Shown piece by piece: positions 31,276 through 46,333 of a stretch of DNA of 64,000 nt (position 1 is the stretch's first letter; each line of letters begins with the position of its first letter). A program made the position numbers and the translations under genes. The notes beneath the pieces were generated by a model. That model searched no databases and was not told where the DNA came from. It worked only from the letters and a program-made list of their open reading frames with translations. The stretch covers positions 84,506,001 to 84,570,000 of the forward strand of contig OX597827.1 of NCBI GenBank assembly GCA_951406725.2, read 5' to 3'. This DNA comes from Octopus vulgaris (taxonomy: Eukaryota).

Positions 31276-33309
31276 CTGTCCGTGTGGCAAAAAATTTGAA
31301 ATCATCATTATTAATAATGTCGCTCGACGGAATTATCTGAGATGTGCGCAGAGCGACGAAACCGAATTGGACACATTTGTGCAGTGTTTGAGCATTGTTG
31401 ATTTGTGGAGGGATGCCAGAGAGGTGGTGTTGTGCGTAGGACGGATCCAGGATCAAGTTGGTCCACTAAATCCATCGTGAAGATCGCCCCCCACTGCCCT
31501 TCTTTAAATAAGGCTGATAGCAAAAGAGGTTTTTTGGTGGATGAGGCTGAACGCACTGAACCACAACAGCTTCTTCTTCGGTTAAGCCGTCATTCATCGA
31601 CTTATTCAAGAAAGAAAAGTGAGAGCGAGGGGGCAAATGCTCGCCTCCGGGGAATTTCTAAACAGATGGGTGACTATCACGAAAATGGTCAGGAACAATA
31701 GAACTACTCAAAGAACGCACCCCTAGATTGCAGAGCTGCAGCTTGTGCCCTTGGAGGTCAGGTTTCTATGTGCTCCATGTTTGGCTCTGTTTTCAGGCAC
31801 TCTTCTGTCAGGAGGGCGGCATTATCCAGGGGTTGTCATATTTTTAGATATTTTGTTTTCATCTCTTTTCTTCGTACCACCAGATTTTATGTCAAAACTT
31901 ACACAAAATATAACCCCTCTTTTGTAAAGGACCCCTCATTAGATGCCCCTGTGGTCAATAAAAAATACCATTAGATTAAAAATCACCACCGCTATCATCG
32001 TTATCATCATCATCATCATCATCATCGTCGTCGTCGTCATCATCTATTTTGTCGTCACCACCGTCATCGACGTCATGTTTCGCAGTTGCAACATCCTCTT
32101 TCCTCACAATAAATCTTCTGCGACGAATAAGAACAGTTGCCCTGGTTGACCTTTGGATGTGAGGTAGCTATGTTCTGGGAGGGGAGATCGTGTAGAGAGC
32201 TTTTAACGAACTCTTTATCACTGATAACATTGATGTCAGTTTGGTAGCTGGAATTGCGGTGGTGGTGGTGGTGGTAGAAGTAATGTTAACGGTTTTGATG
32301 ATGATAATGTTGATGATCAAGGAGGTGGTGGTGGCGATGATGATGATGATGATGTGACTGATGAGGTTGGTGTCTTTGAATGCGACGGTGGTGGTGGTGG
32401 TGGTGGCGATGATAGTGAAACATGGAAGTATGAGGAAGAGGGAGGGTAAGAGTAGATTTGTGTGAATTATCAATTATACAATGACATAACTGTAGTGGTG
32501 GCGGGGGGGGTGCAGGGGGGGGGGGGGCGGTAAATGGTTTGTGGTGTTATAAATGGGCCTCGGTGTGTTCACCAGAACCGCTGCCACCACCGCCATCGCC
32601 ATTACATCCACCATCATCATCATCATTTTTGTGGTGGTCATGTCCGGTAACAGCTGTGATAACAACAGTAAGAACAGTAATTAATATGATATTCTGTGAA
32701 GTGGGAGTTGTGGGAAATGTATGGGGAGGGGATTGGGAAGGGAGTGTGGAATTTCTCGGGTATTGGGGGCTGGGTGGATGTAGTGGAGTTGATGTAGAGA
32801 GAGAGAGAAAGAGAGAGAGATGGGGAAGAGAGAGAGAGAGAATGGGGAAGAGAGGGAGAGAGACGGAACGAGAGAGGGAGGGAGACATAGACAGACAGAC
32901 AGACAGATATGCTGCATTTTAGATTATTCCAGTTGAAGGCAGTTGACGATGATGATGAATATACATGAACAAACGCACATGTATGCATGTATATACGCGC
33001 ATATAGGTATTATGTATGTATATATATGTGTGTGTGTGTGTGTATATATATGCACACACACACAGATATGTATATAATGTATACAATGTTAATGAACGTG
33101 TATGCGTGTGCATAGATTTCTCTTTGCAAACGGAAGAAGAAGCACTCAATAGCTGGTGCAACATTTAAGAGCAAGTAAATGACTGAGTCTTTGATAGTTT
33201 AATATTTCAGCCGAAGATTGCAAAATCAGACAACACGAAAGGGATCAGCTTCGACTGGGACATACTTGTACAACAGACTGCAGAGGGCACTGAGCCGGAA
33301 AACTACACA

Positions 33310-33341
<32 letters not shown>

Positions 33342-33746
33342 GTGACTAGATAGAAATGGAACGAGTGAGAGAAGAGAGGGGGATGGTGTGTGTGTGTGAG
33401 TGTAAGAGAGGGAGAGAGAGGCAGATAATATAGAATGGGAGCTGGAGCCCTAGAACCAGAAAGTATTTTATAAAATAGTTTATAGCCATGTTGCTTAAAA
33501 AGGAGACACTTGGCGCCCTCTGGGAGGAATTTTTCATCTGGAGTGAAGAATTTTAATTCCAGAAGGAATTGGGAGGAATTTAATTTTGTACAAAACATAT
33601 TCATTTACTATATCAGGGTAATTTGTTTCATTTGGTGGTCCAACACACACACACACATATATATTAAGTCATATGTCTTATATGCATATAAAAATATATA
33701 TCTTTATATAACTTTATATATGTATATATATAGTTATATATATATT

Positions 33747-33834
<88 letters not shown>

Positions 33835-33839
33835 CAAAC

Positions 33840-34112
33840 AAAGTCATGGAATGAGTTGTCAGAGGGAAACAAATCGCATTCCTTGATGAAAACGACTTGC
33901 TGAGTGATACCCAGCATAGTTTTCGACCAAGTAGGAGCTGCCTGACTCAGCTCCTACATCATTATGACTGGGTGTTGAGGCAGTTACACAGCAACGTAAT
34001 ATACCTTGACTTTACAAAAGCTTTTGATAAAGTGGTTCATGGTAATATATGCCACAAACTGCGTGATCTCGGCAGAGCTGGAAAACTTGTCGAGTGGTTA
34101 CATGAATTCGTT
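33840..34112 (+). mobile_element. Old internal RT fragment of the TA-associated LINE group
   Basis: [40 protein letters not shown]; begins immediately after a (TA)n run. Confidence 0.85.
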
Positions 34113-34835
34113 TTCAAACGAAAACTACTGTAACTCTACTACACTTGCCTCTTATATACATGGTTTAAAGAGAATAACAAAAGATATTCTCTTGAATGGT
34201 CTGTTATATCGAGGGTCCCTTATTTCAGAGTTAATATTAATAAGTGCAAGCTGTGTGTAAGGGAATCCCTTGCCAACCTTGTCTTTTGGGCCTAAAACTT
34301 TAATTTAGCTTTACGGGGTTTTGAAACCGGCGAGTTAAAATTTGTTTCAACAACAGCCATCTGCATGTTTAGCAATGAAATAATTCGTTTTTTTTTGTGT
34401 GTGTTAAAAAATTTGGACTGGTCCTGTGATGGGTTTATCGTTAAACTTAGCCATGCAGGGTTGTATGAACTTTTTGGTTTTGCTTTGTGGGTTATGGTGT
34501 TCATTTGAAAAGTTATTGATTGCTTGAAGAATTTTTTATTGTTATATCGGAATCGACAGAGGATATCGAGGGGGCGTTGGGACCGATCTCACGAGATGTG
34601 ACTTGTCTTAGTTTTCAGGAATTTTTCGTCGTTGTATTTACTTTTTTGATAGGCTGTTCTGTATATTTGTATTTTATTCGCATATATATTTTTACCTTCA
34701 GTTTTTTTTTTGTATATGTATATTTTATATGTTTAAGAACCATGGTAATATTTATACATGATCAAATGTTTGAGGTATGGTGTTATATATAAAGTTGTTG
34801 GCTCGAATTTGATGTTTGTTCTATGATCAATGTTT

Positions 34836-34878
<43 letters not shown>

Positions 34879-36134
34879 TAGCACGTGTATACACGCGCGC
34901 GTGCGCATATATGCCACAAACTGCGTGATCTCGTGATATATATGTGTGTGCGTGTATATATAGATAGGCTTAGAGTTAGTGTGAGAAGGAGGAAGTGGGT
35001 CGAAAGTTCAGGTGAGAAAGGGATCATGAGAAGACCTACTGACTGTGACACCATTCGAAACCCCTCATCGCAACTTCACTCCTTTATTAAAGAGTGCAGA
35101 ACCGAATTTAGACACGTGTTTCATGATGGAGGAATGGGTTGATTGTTTACTAAGGGTGGGGGAGGACGTAAATAGGGCATTGTTATGTTCAGAGGTTCAC
35201 GTGTTTAACATGGACGGCAGTGAATGTCTGACAAAAGGGTTTGAGTCACCAAGAAGGGGGAGGGGGAGAGACACGTGACTATTCTGGATGCAAAATGTAT
35301 TTCGTGGAAAACAAATTGAAATATTATAAATCCATGAAATTATTCAAATAACAACAATTAAAAAATGTGAACACCAAATACACAAACACGACGACATTTG
35401 AATTAGTTTCTAGAAAATGTTCTGTAGTTTAAAGGTGATGGTCACCATGTCCTTTTTCGTTTGTTTTTTTTTTGTTTTGTTTTTTTTTTCGTAGTTCTCG
35501 AGCTTGTCCCATCGTCTGAAGAGAACATGACAGTTGTCGAAGTAAAACAGCTGTTAAAACTGGTTAGAACCATCGAGGAATTATTCTGAATTCTCAACAG
35601 ACACAGTCAGTTACCTAAAATAAGTCCTTAATGTGGTCTCTCACATGTTAGAAATAGCAGTAAAATCTCGCTCAGATCACTCTACGTCGTCTTAGATAAC
35701 AAAGGGACAAGTTACTTCTATCTTCATAGTAAAATGAATTTATTGAATATATGACGGGTACATACTTTATTAAACCCTAAGAGTATGGGCAGTTTATTCT
35801 GATCGGGTCAAAGAGTTTTACACACACACACACACATTATAAATGAACAGACAATATTGTAAGATAAAGTTCAAGAGCAATTTGAGATGAGTTCCCGGTG
35901 TCATGTCAACACCAATCACTTAAGTTCTGCCTACGACAGTGGCAGCGACACATGCCAACAGTACTTCACCCAGAAGATGAGACCATGATGGCCCATTAAA
36001 GAGGTGTATTTATGCATGCTCTTACGTTCAGCCTCTATCTCTATATCGGGCTTCTCTTCGGGAAATTGTTATCGAACGTCTCTCACTAAAGATAATTAAT
36101 GTGTCTGGGTGTTGACGGGGTAACTCCAACTGGT

Positions 36135-36255
36135 GCGGGTATGGTTAAAAACTTTACTTTAAAACAACATGGTTTCAGGTTCGATTCCATTCTACGACAC
36201 TTTGGGCAAGTGTCTTGCATTGTAACCCGAGGTCGATCATCAAAGTCTTTCAGTG
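36135..36255 (+). mobile_element. Decayed SINE 5' half
   Basis: CATGGTTTCAGGTTCGATTCC..CACTTTGGGCAAGTGTCTT..GGTCGA; matches other copies. Confidence 0.55.
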
Positions 36256-39200
36256 AGGAGCAACTACGTTGCAAAGCAATTCTGTGGTTGTGCTGCACAG
36301 TTTATATATCACCTGATTGAATACACTCCCCCTGGTGGCGCTGCTTGGGAGATAAATATTCCAAGATGGGGGTATTTCTGTAGTATTTTACACATGAGTA
36401 ATTTTGACAATAATTACAATTCCATTTCTAATGAGGAAATGAAATTATTTAAGGAAATTAATTAATGACAAGGAAATTAAAGCATGGCTATTTAGCAGAT
36501 GAAATTACATTTGTTTTAGGGTCTCCATATGTTGGCCTTCCAGAAATTTTTTTTGTAGTAGTAGTAACTGTGTTTGTAGAATGTTCTCTATCTTCAAGTG
36601 AATCTCTCAATATATCGAATGTCACACTGGATGTTATCATTTCTCATTATGACGCACATGATCGAGTCGTTTGCAACTATTTTATATGCATTCATTCTCT
36701 CAATACAAATACCTCAGCACAAAATCGAAGTTAATGTCTCAGAGAAAGCCACTTACTCTCAACATTGTCCCTTCAGCTTCTTTGTGAATTGGAGACAGTT
36801 TTATTAAAGTGACACAGCTTTTGAGTCAGAGATAGTCTGAAAATTTTACTTTATATGCGGACACACCCGCTGTTCTTTCAGTGAAGTCATAATGCTATCC
36901 TACCGGACGGGGACACACACACATACACACACACGTACTATGACCATCCTTCTAACAATGTGGTCACGTAATGTCAAAGACATCGACCCAGTAAGAAAAA
37001 GTAATGTTCAAATTCCTTATAATGTAAGGAAATGTGTGATGGCATAGTTAATGAGTTTGTTTTTACGCGTTTTTAGTTTCGATCAGCTCAGTAGCTCGGT
37101 TAAGCATTATCTAACACAACCTCAGATCGACCAGGCCCTCAGAAAGCTACTTAGTAGTCAGAAATTGTGTGGAAGCCTGTCAGAGAGCTTCTTTTCGGTT
37201 ATGGAGTTCACCAGTCTCCTGGTTTTTCAACGTAATCTAGTTCTTAGCCATCTTAAGTGGGGCCGTGGTTAATTGACAGTGGGAACATTGTGGAAAGCGT
37301 GACCCCTCCCCACTCATTCTCACAAATGCTGGAGGCTCTGAAAATGGGGACATGAATAATGTTCTATTTTCCCCTGACTAGACCATTAACATTATGAAAC
37401 CCCTTAAACAGAAGCGAAGTTTAATTTAGGATGGAAGCGAACTGGGTGCAGATGTGTTCCTATTAAGGTACGAACGTCATCTACATTTAGACTTCCGCCT
37501 TCAACAAATTTTCCTTAAAAATCATTGGGAAAGGCAGGAACACCATGACCCCCACCCCCAATATTCCCATAAAATTCTGTAGTTATTTATCTCCAAGGCT
37601 GCTCCGGTTGAATATACCTATCATCAAAGGCTTTCCAGCCGTGACAGTTTCGTGTTTTTTTTTATGTATCTATTATTATATTTTGCAATGTACTTTTCCT
37701 TTGAGGTGGTAGGATGTGATTTCAGAAAGTTTTGGCTGCTATTTCTGTCGTAAAGATATAAATTCGGTAGATTTGTAATTGAAGGACAAATAGAAAACAA
37801 ATGCTAAAATAAAAAGGTTTAGGTGAAGCACACACACACACACACACATGCATATTATGTATGTGTGTATGTATATATGCATGTATATACACACACAAAC
37901 ACAAGTGACTGAACAAACGAAAGAACGTGGCACTCAACACATTTCGTAGGAGTTGTAAAAAAACAGCTCCATGTGACTTAAAGTTTCGTGGGAGGGAAAG
38001 ACAGACCCAGCTTAACAAAATCTTCTCCTTTACACACACACACACTTCTATCAGTCTGTTTGCCTGCCAGTCTGTCTGTCTAGCTGTCTGGCTCTGTCTA
38101 CTTGTGTTTGTATTAAACCCAGATACCCACCCCGACATACACACGCATAACTAATGTATGGACAATTCGTAATCTTGTTAATCTTCATAATTTATGTCTT
38201 TATTATAATTACTTTGGCTCAACCCCAAAATGTAAACATTGCTTATTATTGAGGGAGGGAAAACTGAATGGATGGAAGGGGATGTGGTTTGGAATTGAAA
38301 CCTTTTGTGTGAACGGTGGAACAATAAATTTCTTGTAAACATATGACTGTCAATGGTTGTGACGATGATAATAATAATACTCGTGTGTGTATATGTGTAT
38401 TCACACTCAAGTATGTGCGTGTGTTACAAGTGTAGAATATAAATTTGTGTGTGTGTGTGTGTGTTATATAACAGAAGGAGTTAAATAAAACATTTAAAAA
38501 TTCACGTGAGAGTTTCAGGGAAGTTACTGTGGTGTCACCTTGTTTACAAATGGCAGTTAAACGATAGAATTAAATGGGTTTTAAGGGGTGGGGGATGAAG
38601 GAAATTTATGAGGGTGACAAATGTGTATTTTGTTTTAAATGTATTGTGTTTACTGAGTATTCGTATAGAATTGTAAAAATACTTTCGTGGGTACAAAGAA
38701 AAGAGAAGATATCAGAACGTTGAGAGGGATTCCGACCGAAAACCTAAAAAGTATCACATTTTACGATAAGTTTCAATATTGTAAATTCTAATAAATATAT
38801 TGCAATTCTGAATGTTCTCCAAATACTTTCTCCTTCAACAAATATAGTTCTGTTGGTTGAATTTAAGTTTAAATGCGTCCTGAGTTAAGCCAGTATGTGT
38901 GATCTTTCGGATGACGATTGCATTTGAACAGTTCCTGAATGTGTGATAAATGTACTAGTCTTAAAGTGAACAAGAATTTCGTGTAATGCAAAAGTTCAAT
39001 TCACTACATTTACTGTTCTTCGTATTATTTATTGAAGACATTGTTTTAACGAAATCACCGCCTTTTAGAATTTGTAAATTTAAGAGAATTTTGGTAAAGA
39101 CGTTCTATGTTTATGACTTATAGGAAAATAAATGCGGACAAGTTTTAGAAATATTTCGTCAAGATATTAAATAAGAGGCCTTATGCAACACAATCTTTCA

Positions 39201-40029
39201 TCTACGGTTCCTCTTTTACACAGCTTGGATTTGAGATATATTTGTTCTTTAAAGTAGTTAAATGCCAGGACGTTACAATATTGTTTTGTTACTTTATTAA
39301 ATGATATTTTGTCATTTGATAAAGAGAGTTTCTTTAGCCGGACTTGTCTCATCGATTCTTAGTGATACATGGTGATTGATTAGAATTTCGGTCTCTTAAT
39401 TTAGAATCATTTGCCTTATGGTAAGGCTGGAATTTATTGTTTTCTAAATTTAAAGAACTCTCTAGGAATGCAACTAGTTTAACATTGGTAGCAGTAGTGG
39501 TTATCAAGTTTAGCTCGTTAAGATAATTAAGGGAGACTTTGTGGGAATTTTATACTCGATGCAAATTAGGGGAAAGTTTTGTGCTATTCTTTGACCTAGA
39601 CATTTTTGGGGAAAAGTCCAGTCTTTGTAAGATGCAGCTTAATTTTGAGGCCGTTTTCCGTTGAAAATATTTTTTAATAATAGTTTAGTGATGGAAAGTT
39701 AATTATTGAGGATAGCTATGTGAAGTTGTGTTTGTCACGGATGGATTTAAATGAATTTATGACTGAAAAGCACTTCTGTTGAGTTTGATTCCACCTAAAA
39801 ATACGTTCGTTAATAATATTTAGTTCGGTTCTAAACGGGATAAGGAGTCGGCGTGAAAAAGGATCCCTTAATCTAGAATTTCAACTCTACTTTTGATGTT
39901 TAGGCAAGAATGGCATGGTTAGATTCGTTGATAATGAAATGTAAAAGGTTAATATTAATTTTTGTAAGCGTTAATAATGATGTTCTTTAGTAAGAATATT
40001 CATTAGTAAGGATGTAATAATGTTCTTTA

Positions 40030-40188
40030 GGCGTAGGAATGGCTGTGTGGTAAGTAGCTTGCTTACCATCCAGATGGTTCCGTGTTCAGTCTTTGGTCGA
40101 CTCGATGCAATAGTACAAGACACTCGCCCAAGGTTCCATGCAGTGGAACTGAACTCGGAACCATGTGGTTGGGAAGCAAACCACACCT
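40030..40188. mobile_element. Two SINE heads fused in inverted orientation
   Basis: Plus head GGCGTAGGAATGGCTGTGTGGTAAG..GTTCAGTC (40030-40091) is followed by a minus copy ..GAACTGAACTCGGAACCATGTGGTTGGGAAGCAA. Confidence 0.7.
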
Positions 40189-41356
40189 GTGCCTTTTTTT
40201 TTTTTTTTGTTTAGAAAGCAGGATTTTGAGCCTCTTCTGAATGAGATATCAGCGTAACCACTGACAAAACTGATGACATTTGGAAGATTCTGGTTGAAAG
40301 AAGAATTGAAGATGAGTTCAAAGGTCATCCCTACTGTGTCGGCCCCGCCCCCAACAGTTTCGAACAAACCACCGCAGTCATTCTTTCCATCTCAGAATCT
40401 GAGAATCTTTTTAATGGTTTTGAAGCAACTGTCGACTGGGAATATTTTAAACTGGACGTCGGCATCAGTTTGGCCCTTTTCGAGGGATCTAAGAAGGTCG
40501 ACAACCCAATCCTCTTCACCAAAACAGAAAATGCTTATTTAAGAATCTAGGAACGAGGAAATCCAACAATGACATTTTATTGATCAATTCTGTTTTTGCT
40601 CTCTCAGCGCCGCCCATAATATTTCGAATGATTCTTCATGATGTGTGTCTGCAGGATTGAGCGAGAGGCTGCATGCAAGTGATGCAAAGCAAGTCTCTAA
40701 ATCATTCTAAGAATGCAGAATGAATATTTTCTGAAGATGGTCGAAAGTTTGGAGTGTTAATCAATAAATTCTTTGTATTTTTCAAATTATATCAACTGCA
40801 TATTTAGGGGCTTCAAGGTTTGTGTGTGTGATCGTGCGCGCGGGTGTTTGCGAGTGAATATATGTCGTCAGTCTGTATAAAATGCGTCTACAGGCACGTG
40901 TATAGAAATACATTTTACTCTTAAAACGTTGAATTTTTTTTTTTATATAATACACACCCATTCACTCATATAATGTATACATGTGTGTGACGCATGTACA
41001 CACACACGCACACACACATGGAAGGCTGATGCATATGAATTTAGGCAGTACAATCTTTGTTCATTTTACTGGAATATTTAATCCCTTAGAGTGCTCAATG
41101 ATTCAACAGGTAGTCACTGCTATGACTTTATAATGTAAAATAAACAAACGATATAACAGAGAAAGCATATATGAAGCAGTTAACTGTCGCCATTCGGTGT
41201 ACCTGGGAGGAGTAAATAGATTATACTCAGTGGAGGAGAGTGTAGAGCGGGGGCGGAGGAGGAGGAGGTATTGAAAGTGGACAAAGCGTTACTCGGAGTC
41301 TTGTTTTCATTCTCTGAAAGGTCAATGGACAGATTTGCGAAGTTTCGATTTGCAAT

Positions 41357-41458
<102 letters not shown>

Positions 41459-42173
41459 ATGTATGAGAGAGGTGCGAATATCTAAATATATACTCACATT
41501 TACGTACACATTTTTACACCAATTATGACATGTATATACATTTGTATTCTATATTGACGTAGACAAGTTCACACACACACACACACGTATATATATATAT
41601 ATATATATATATACATCTACATCTTTTCTATATACTGCAATGTAAAATAAAACGGGAAATCAATAGGGAAACTGAATTAATGAATGAAAATGAAGTTTGA
41701 AGTGTTTCCATCTGGTCATGTGATTGTATGGTAGTCCCGGGGATGGGGGAGAGAAGTCAGTGTAATGTGTGTGTGTGTGTGTGTGTGTGGTATATGGTTG
41801 TTTATGTAAGTGGATATTTGTGAGTGAATAGTGAGAATGCGTGTGTTAGTGTGTCTCATTGTGTCAGTGTATGTGTTCATGAGTACGTGTATGATTTGTG
41901 TGTGTGTGGGGGGGGGGAGTGTATCTGCATGGTAAGAGGGTTTACGAATGTATCTGTATATGTCAATGTGTGATTATCTCTTGTGAGTGTATGTGTATGT
42001 ATGCGTATGTATATGTGTATGTATGTGTATGTGGTGTTTGTGTGAGCTTGTGATGAATGAATAAAACATCTATCTGTGGATGTATTAATGGCTGCCTGCC
42101 TGTATGTGTGTGTGTGTGTGTGTGTGTTTAAGTGGACATATGAGAAGTGTACGGGTATATGAAAGGTGCGTTC

Positions 42174-42218
<45 letters not shown>

Positions 42219-43941
42219 AAATAAATTAACTTTAAAACCTAATGTTTTCAATTTTACTTGGCCACCATTATTCATTGTTCTATATTTAATCCTTGTCACG
42301 TGTCTCAGTCTATCACATAATCACTCAAGGAAAATGAAATCGGGATTTGTTCAAATATAAATTAATATAAAGTATCAAACATAATATAAAGTATTAAACA
42401 ACAAAGAGTCTCAAATAATTCGTAGATTTAAGCATAGCGTTCTAAGCAATACAGCCTATCAAACAACATAGAGAATTAAAAGTGTAAAGTCTGCCGCGAA
42501 CCTAAAGACGAATAAAATTGTTGCTTCTCTGAAACCTGAAGACTTTTAGGCGGCCGACTGTGCAAGAGGCCCCTTTAGAGTCTAGAGAGATATGTTGTAT
42601 TGTCAGGCGCCTAAAAGTCTTGGAGTCCCAGAGACTGGAATATTGCTCCATCTAGGGTCTAGACGGAGCACTATTCCATCACAGTGCTGACTCACGGCTG
42701 CTGATGGTATTAATTTTTAATTGAATATACGAGAGCAACGTAAAATGAAACACCTTGCTCAAGGACGCCATACTCGGTCTGAGAATTGAGCCGACGACCG
42801 AGCGATCGTGAAGGCCAACCGCCGATTCACAAGGGCACGCAGTTTTTAACACGGTAGAATATTAAGCAATAATAACTTGAGAACATAAATACCAAAATAT
42901 ATTTTATCCCCTCCCCTTCTACTTACACACCGATCCACCACTCTTGCCCGTGCAAATATGAAGACAACTAGGTCACTAATGAGGTTTAATAAGAACAAAA
43001 TGTGCTCGGTGTTGTCGCCCTTACTTGCCAAAAGGATTAAAGCAGTGTTCATGTAGCAAATGTTTTCTTTTCTTCACCGTATTAATATTTCTAATTACAT
43101 TAGTTAGGATTTTTTCCTCTCTTCATTGAATATGTTGACAATAACTTGACAATCATCACTTTTAAGTCCGCTTTCAGTATTGGTATGGGTTTGATGGATC
43201 GTCATGGTTCGGGCAATTTCCTGTTAGGAACCATTATTCCCATTCGCTGCTCTTCTTGTCATCTGGCTTCGTTTCTACGGCTCATCTCCTTCCCATTGTC
43301 AACCATTTTGCCAGACGCGCCTTTTGGTGGCACTATCACTCTACAAGTTGAATAAGAGGACCTCAGAATCCTGCTCCTTCTCTGCTCATTTGCTGACCAC
43401 TTTACGGGGTGTACTGGATCAATTTTGTTGTAGCAGAAGAGGAAAGGTTGTCTCACCCAACCCTCACTGTTTTGGCAGTGAGTGATGCCCTAAAGAAGAA
43501 GAATAGCTGAGGTGTGAAGAAGACCCAATAGATTGGTCAAGTGGAAGGGTGAGGGTAGAACGATGCAAACTTCGATACATAAGGTTAGTGAGGGATGAAG
43601 GAATGAAGTGGACAACCAATGTCGTCTCTTATACATAGGCCGAGTGAAGGGATGCGAACGGACGGGGTGGGCGTCAAAAGAAAGGGTGTAAAATGGGTGG
43701 ATGGGCAGCATGACTGGCAGGGGATACGTTATCTCAGCTGCTGAATACCACTTGAGTATAATAGAGGTGGTCAGCTCTACAGCAGCCCCATATGTGGCCA
43801 TTCAGTACTATTCTTTTTCCTCCATGAATTGCAGCTCTTAACCATGCTTCAGCGGCTTCCTTTAACTTGCAGTTCTTGACACATCAACTCCCAACTTCCA
43901 TATCTGTCACATTCTTTTTAGTCCTCGTAACTCTTCTACGT

Positions 43942-44549
43942 TCAAGGCCCGCCTCTTGCTTACCACTCAAGGCCCGCCTCTTGCTTACCACTCAAGGCCC
44001 GCCTCTTGCTTACCACTCAAGGCCCGCCTCTTGCTTACCACTCAAGGCCCGCCTCTTGCTTACCACTCAAGGCCCGCCTCTTGCTTACCACCCAAGTCCC
44101 GCCTCTTGCTTACCACTCAAGGCCCGCCTCTTGCTTACCACTCAAGGCCCGCCTCTTGCTTACCACTCAAGGCCCGCCTCTTGCTTACCACCCAAGGCCC
44201 GCCTCTTGCTTACCACTCAAGGCCCGCCTCTTGCTTACCACTCAAGACCCACCTCTTGCTTACCACTCAAGGCCTGCCTCTTGCTTACCACTCAAGGCCC
44301 GCCTCTTGCTTACCACTCAAGGCCCGCCTCTTGCTTACCACTCAAGGCCCGCCTCTTGCTTACCACTCAAGGCCCGCCTCTTGCTTACCACTCAAGGCCC
44401 GCCTCTTGCTTACTACTCAAGGCCCGCCTCTTGCTTACCACTCAAGGCCCACCTCTTGCTTACCACTCAAGGCCTACCTCTTGCCTACCACTCAAGGCCC
44501 ACCTCTTGCCTACCACTCAAGGCCTGACTCTTGCTACCACTCAAGGCCT
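43942..44549. repeat. 25-bp GC-rich minisatellite (CTCAAGGCCCGCCTCTTGCTTACCA) x ~24
   Basis: Contiguous near-identical units with no spacers; variants cluster at the right end. Confidence 0.97.
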
Positions 44550-44712
44550 TGGGTTGACAGTGAAATTTGGCTGATGGAAACTTTTGAAGTCTGTCGGTGG
44601 AATCGTTCTTGTTCTCTTGCGACTAAGGCTTCTCCTCTCTTCCACCACTCTGGAAGGATCTGAAGATGCTCGTCGGCAAAGGGTTCTCCCATTTAACCAC
44701 GTTACATACACA

Positions 44713-44759
<47 letters not shown>

Positions 44760-45880
44760 CATTCATATAGTTCTTAATAAATGTGTGTTTATGTGTAAGT
44801 TTGTGCCTTTCCATTTCAACTCCTCCCCATCCACCAACCCCACCCCTACACTTCCTTCGGTAATGAAGATTGACATGAAGATATGAAACTCATGAAAATA
44901 GAAATATGCACCACCACCACCACCACCACCACCACCAGCATTGCTGTCACCATCACTACCACCATACCATCACTACTACCACCACCACCATCATCATCAT
45001 GGATGTCATTACTTGCATCATGTACGACTCTCATGTCCATCATCAGCCCCACCGCATCACCACCACCAGCACTACCATCCTTCTCATGAACTACACTGAT
45101 GCCCACCACTCCTCCCCCCAATACTGGAAACGATATGCTAATAACGTATGTAAATTGACACACAGACAGACACATATAACACATCCATTGTTGTTCGAGA
45201 GAATTCCTCTCCATCCGGGCATTTAAATAGAATAAATATGGTAATAAATAAATAAAAACATGAGAAAAAAGAAAAAAAATGGTGAGTCACGAGCAAATAG
45301 CGTTTGTTCCATTTGACTATTTAGCCCAAGGGGTAAATATACATATATGTCCGTTTCACCGTGTGTATATGTGCATGTATATATATATGTGTATAAATGT
45401 ATGTGTTTGTGTGTGTGTATATATATAAATATATATATACACACACACACACACATATATATAATATATATATATATATACATACATACATTATTTAGCT
45501 ATTTAACCTCAGGTTGGCCTGATCGAACAGACCAATGATAAAACGTTCCATCCACGACCATCTCACCTTTTATTGAAATAGTGTGTCTACGACTATCCAA
45601 TTGTTTTAACGACAATAAGATACGATTTGAGGGAGATTTGGTTGTTATTTCTAACAGGATGGGCGACCGTGTTTGTTTATATAGAAACGCAAGCAATAGC
45701 ATTCGCAGTGCAGTGTGTGTGTGTGTTATACGAATACTTGTATATAAGTGAGTATGTCTTTGTATGCATACGGCAAAATGAAGACTGTGTGTGTTTCGTT
45801 AGAAATATTAGCGAATCTGCTTTCACAGCAATATTAATGGTTAATTTATTTTGCAGAATGAAAAATAGATTGGTTGTAAA

Positions 45881-45939
<59 letters not shown>

Positions 45940-46287
45940 TGAGAAGGTAGAGAAGGGTGTGGGGTGTAAGAAAAGAAAATATTAATAATGGAATAGAAAT
46001 TATTGAAGAATGTAAAGATGATGAGATAATCCCGGGAGTTTGGCGAAAGAGGATCCGTTTTTAATTGCAGAGAGTAGATAAGAAATAAGGGGTGAGTTTC
46101 GGTGTAAAGATGGTGTCTGGTGGCCAACAGCAGCAACAACAACAACAACGGATAATGGAGTTCTGTTCCACGGACCTGTTTGTGTGTGTGTGTGTGTGTG
46201 TGTCGTTGATGGATTTATTATTTTAAGGTGGGGTATGTTAATGGAGACAGAATTTAGCGGAGGTGGGTGGGAGAGATCAGAGAATGG

Positions 46288-46333
<46 letters not shown>

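Noticed and set aside
35516-35556. Plus-strand CTGAAGA...AAAACAGCTGTT hammerhead-like motif
   Set aside because: It lacks GAAA in register and lacks a stem I.
43867-44663. Repeat-protein ORFs or CRISPR-like array
   Set aside because: Contiguous 25-bp units with no unique spacers and no cas genes, in a eukaryotic context; the ORFs arise from a stop-free unit.
44906-45226. Poly-His/Thr/Pro ORFs (also 16311-16556 and 32168-32665)
   Set aside because: (CAC)n/(CAT)n simple repeats.
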